From NCBI GenBank assembly GCA_009859145.1, contig VRVR01000039.1:7909-71908 (forward strand): 64,000 nucleotides of DNA, given 5' to 3'. The position numbers and the translations under genes are program-made. This document shows, piece after piece, positions 63,921 through 64,000 of the stretch; the first letter of the stretch is position 1; every line of letters begins with the position of its first letter. The stretch comes from Andalucia godoyi And28. Taxonomy: Eukaryota > Protista > Jakobida. The notes beneath the pieces were generated by a model. It was not told where the DNA came from. It saw only the letters and a program-made list of their open reading frames with translations, and made no database searches.

Positions 63921-64000
63921 ATGTCTTCGTCGGAAGAACCCAACCGGTCGTCGTCTGCGGCGTCATCTGCGTCTGCGGCGTCGTCCTCAGTGAGTCGTCG
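63921..64000 (+). CDS. 5' start of a gene running off the window (MSSSEEPNRSSSAASS...)
   Basis: AAACATG after an AT-rich spacer, Ser/Ala-rich codons, open to the window edge. Confidence 0.55.
   Translation, partial: MSSSEEPNRSSSAASSASAASSSVSR

Noticed and set aside
1-64000. Operon-like cluster of flagellar genes; tRNA or rRNA genes; alternative genetic code
   Set aside because: Flagellar genes are interspersed on both strands with unrelated genes. No tRNA or rRNA signatures were seen by eye. All three stop codons terminate conserved proteins at the expected positions.

Overview
Gene-dense, almost intron-free eukaryotic nuclear DNA from a flagellated protist. It uses the standard code (TAA, TAG and TGA all end genes), with coding blocks separated by short AT-rich microsatellite spacers. 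The organism cannot be named from the sequence alone; the style is compatible with a small bacterivorous flagellate such as a jakobid. About 23 protein genes are supported. Housekeeping: SLC25 carrier, TBCB, Derlin, ABCG, PAP2 phosphatase, mS33, DDX6, Sen2, purple acid phosphatase, CCA-adding enzyme, SF3B3, UBE3C-like HECT ligase. Flagellar/cytoskeletal: KIF12-like kinesin, SF-assemblin, WDR60, DNAH1-type dynein, SPATS1-like. There are also several orphans. Two things stand out. (1) A tandem pair of giant paralogous type II membrane proteins (1564 and 2199 aa) has N-glycosylation-sequon-rich beta-strand stalks and Gly-rich repeat modules, and each ends in a phage tail-collar-like domain carrying an HxH motif. 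They are candidate domesticated phage-tail-fibre-like surface adhesins. (2) An identical 19-nt motif occurs at two intergenic sites 12.2 kb apart, each directly after an 11-bp tetraloop hairpin of different sequence. One copy follows a frameshifted TnpB/Fanzor-like N-terminal remnant and a long left-hand hairpin, suggesting decayed Fanzor/omegaRNA-type elements or a new structured RNA family. Several start codons were moved from the ORF track's TTG/GTG starts to the likely ATG.
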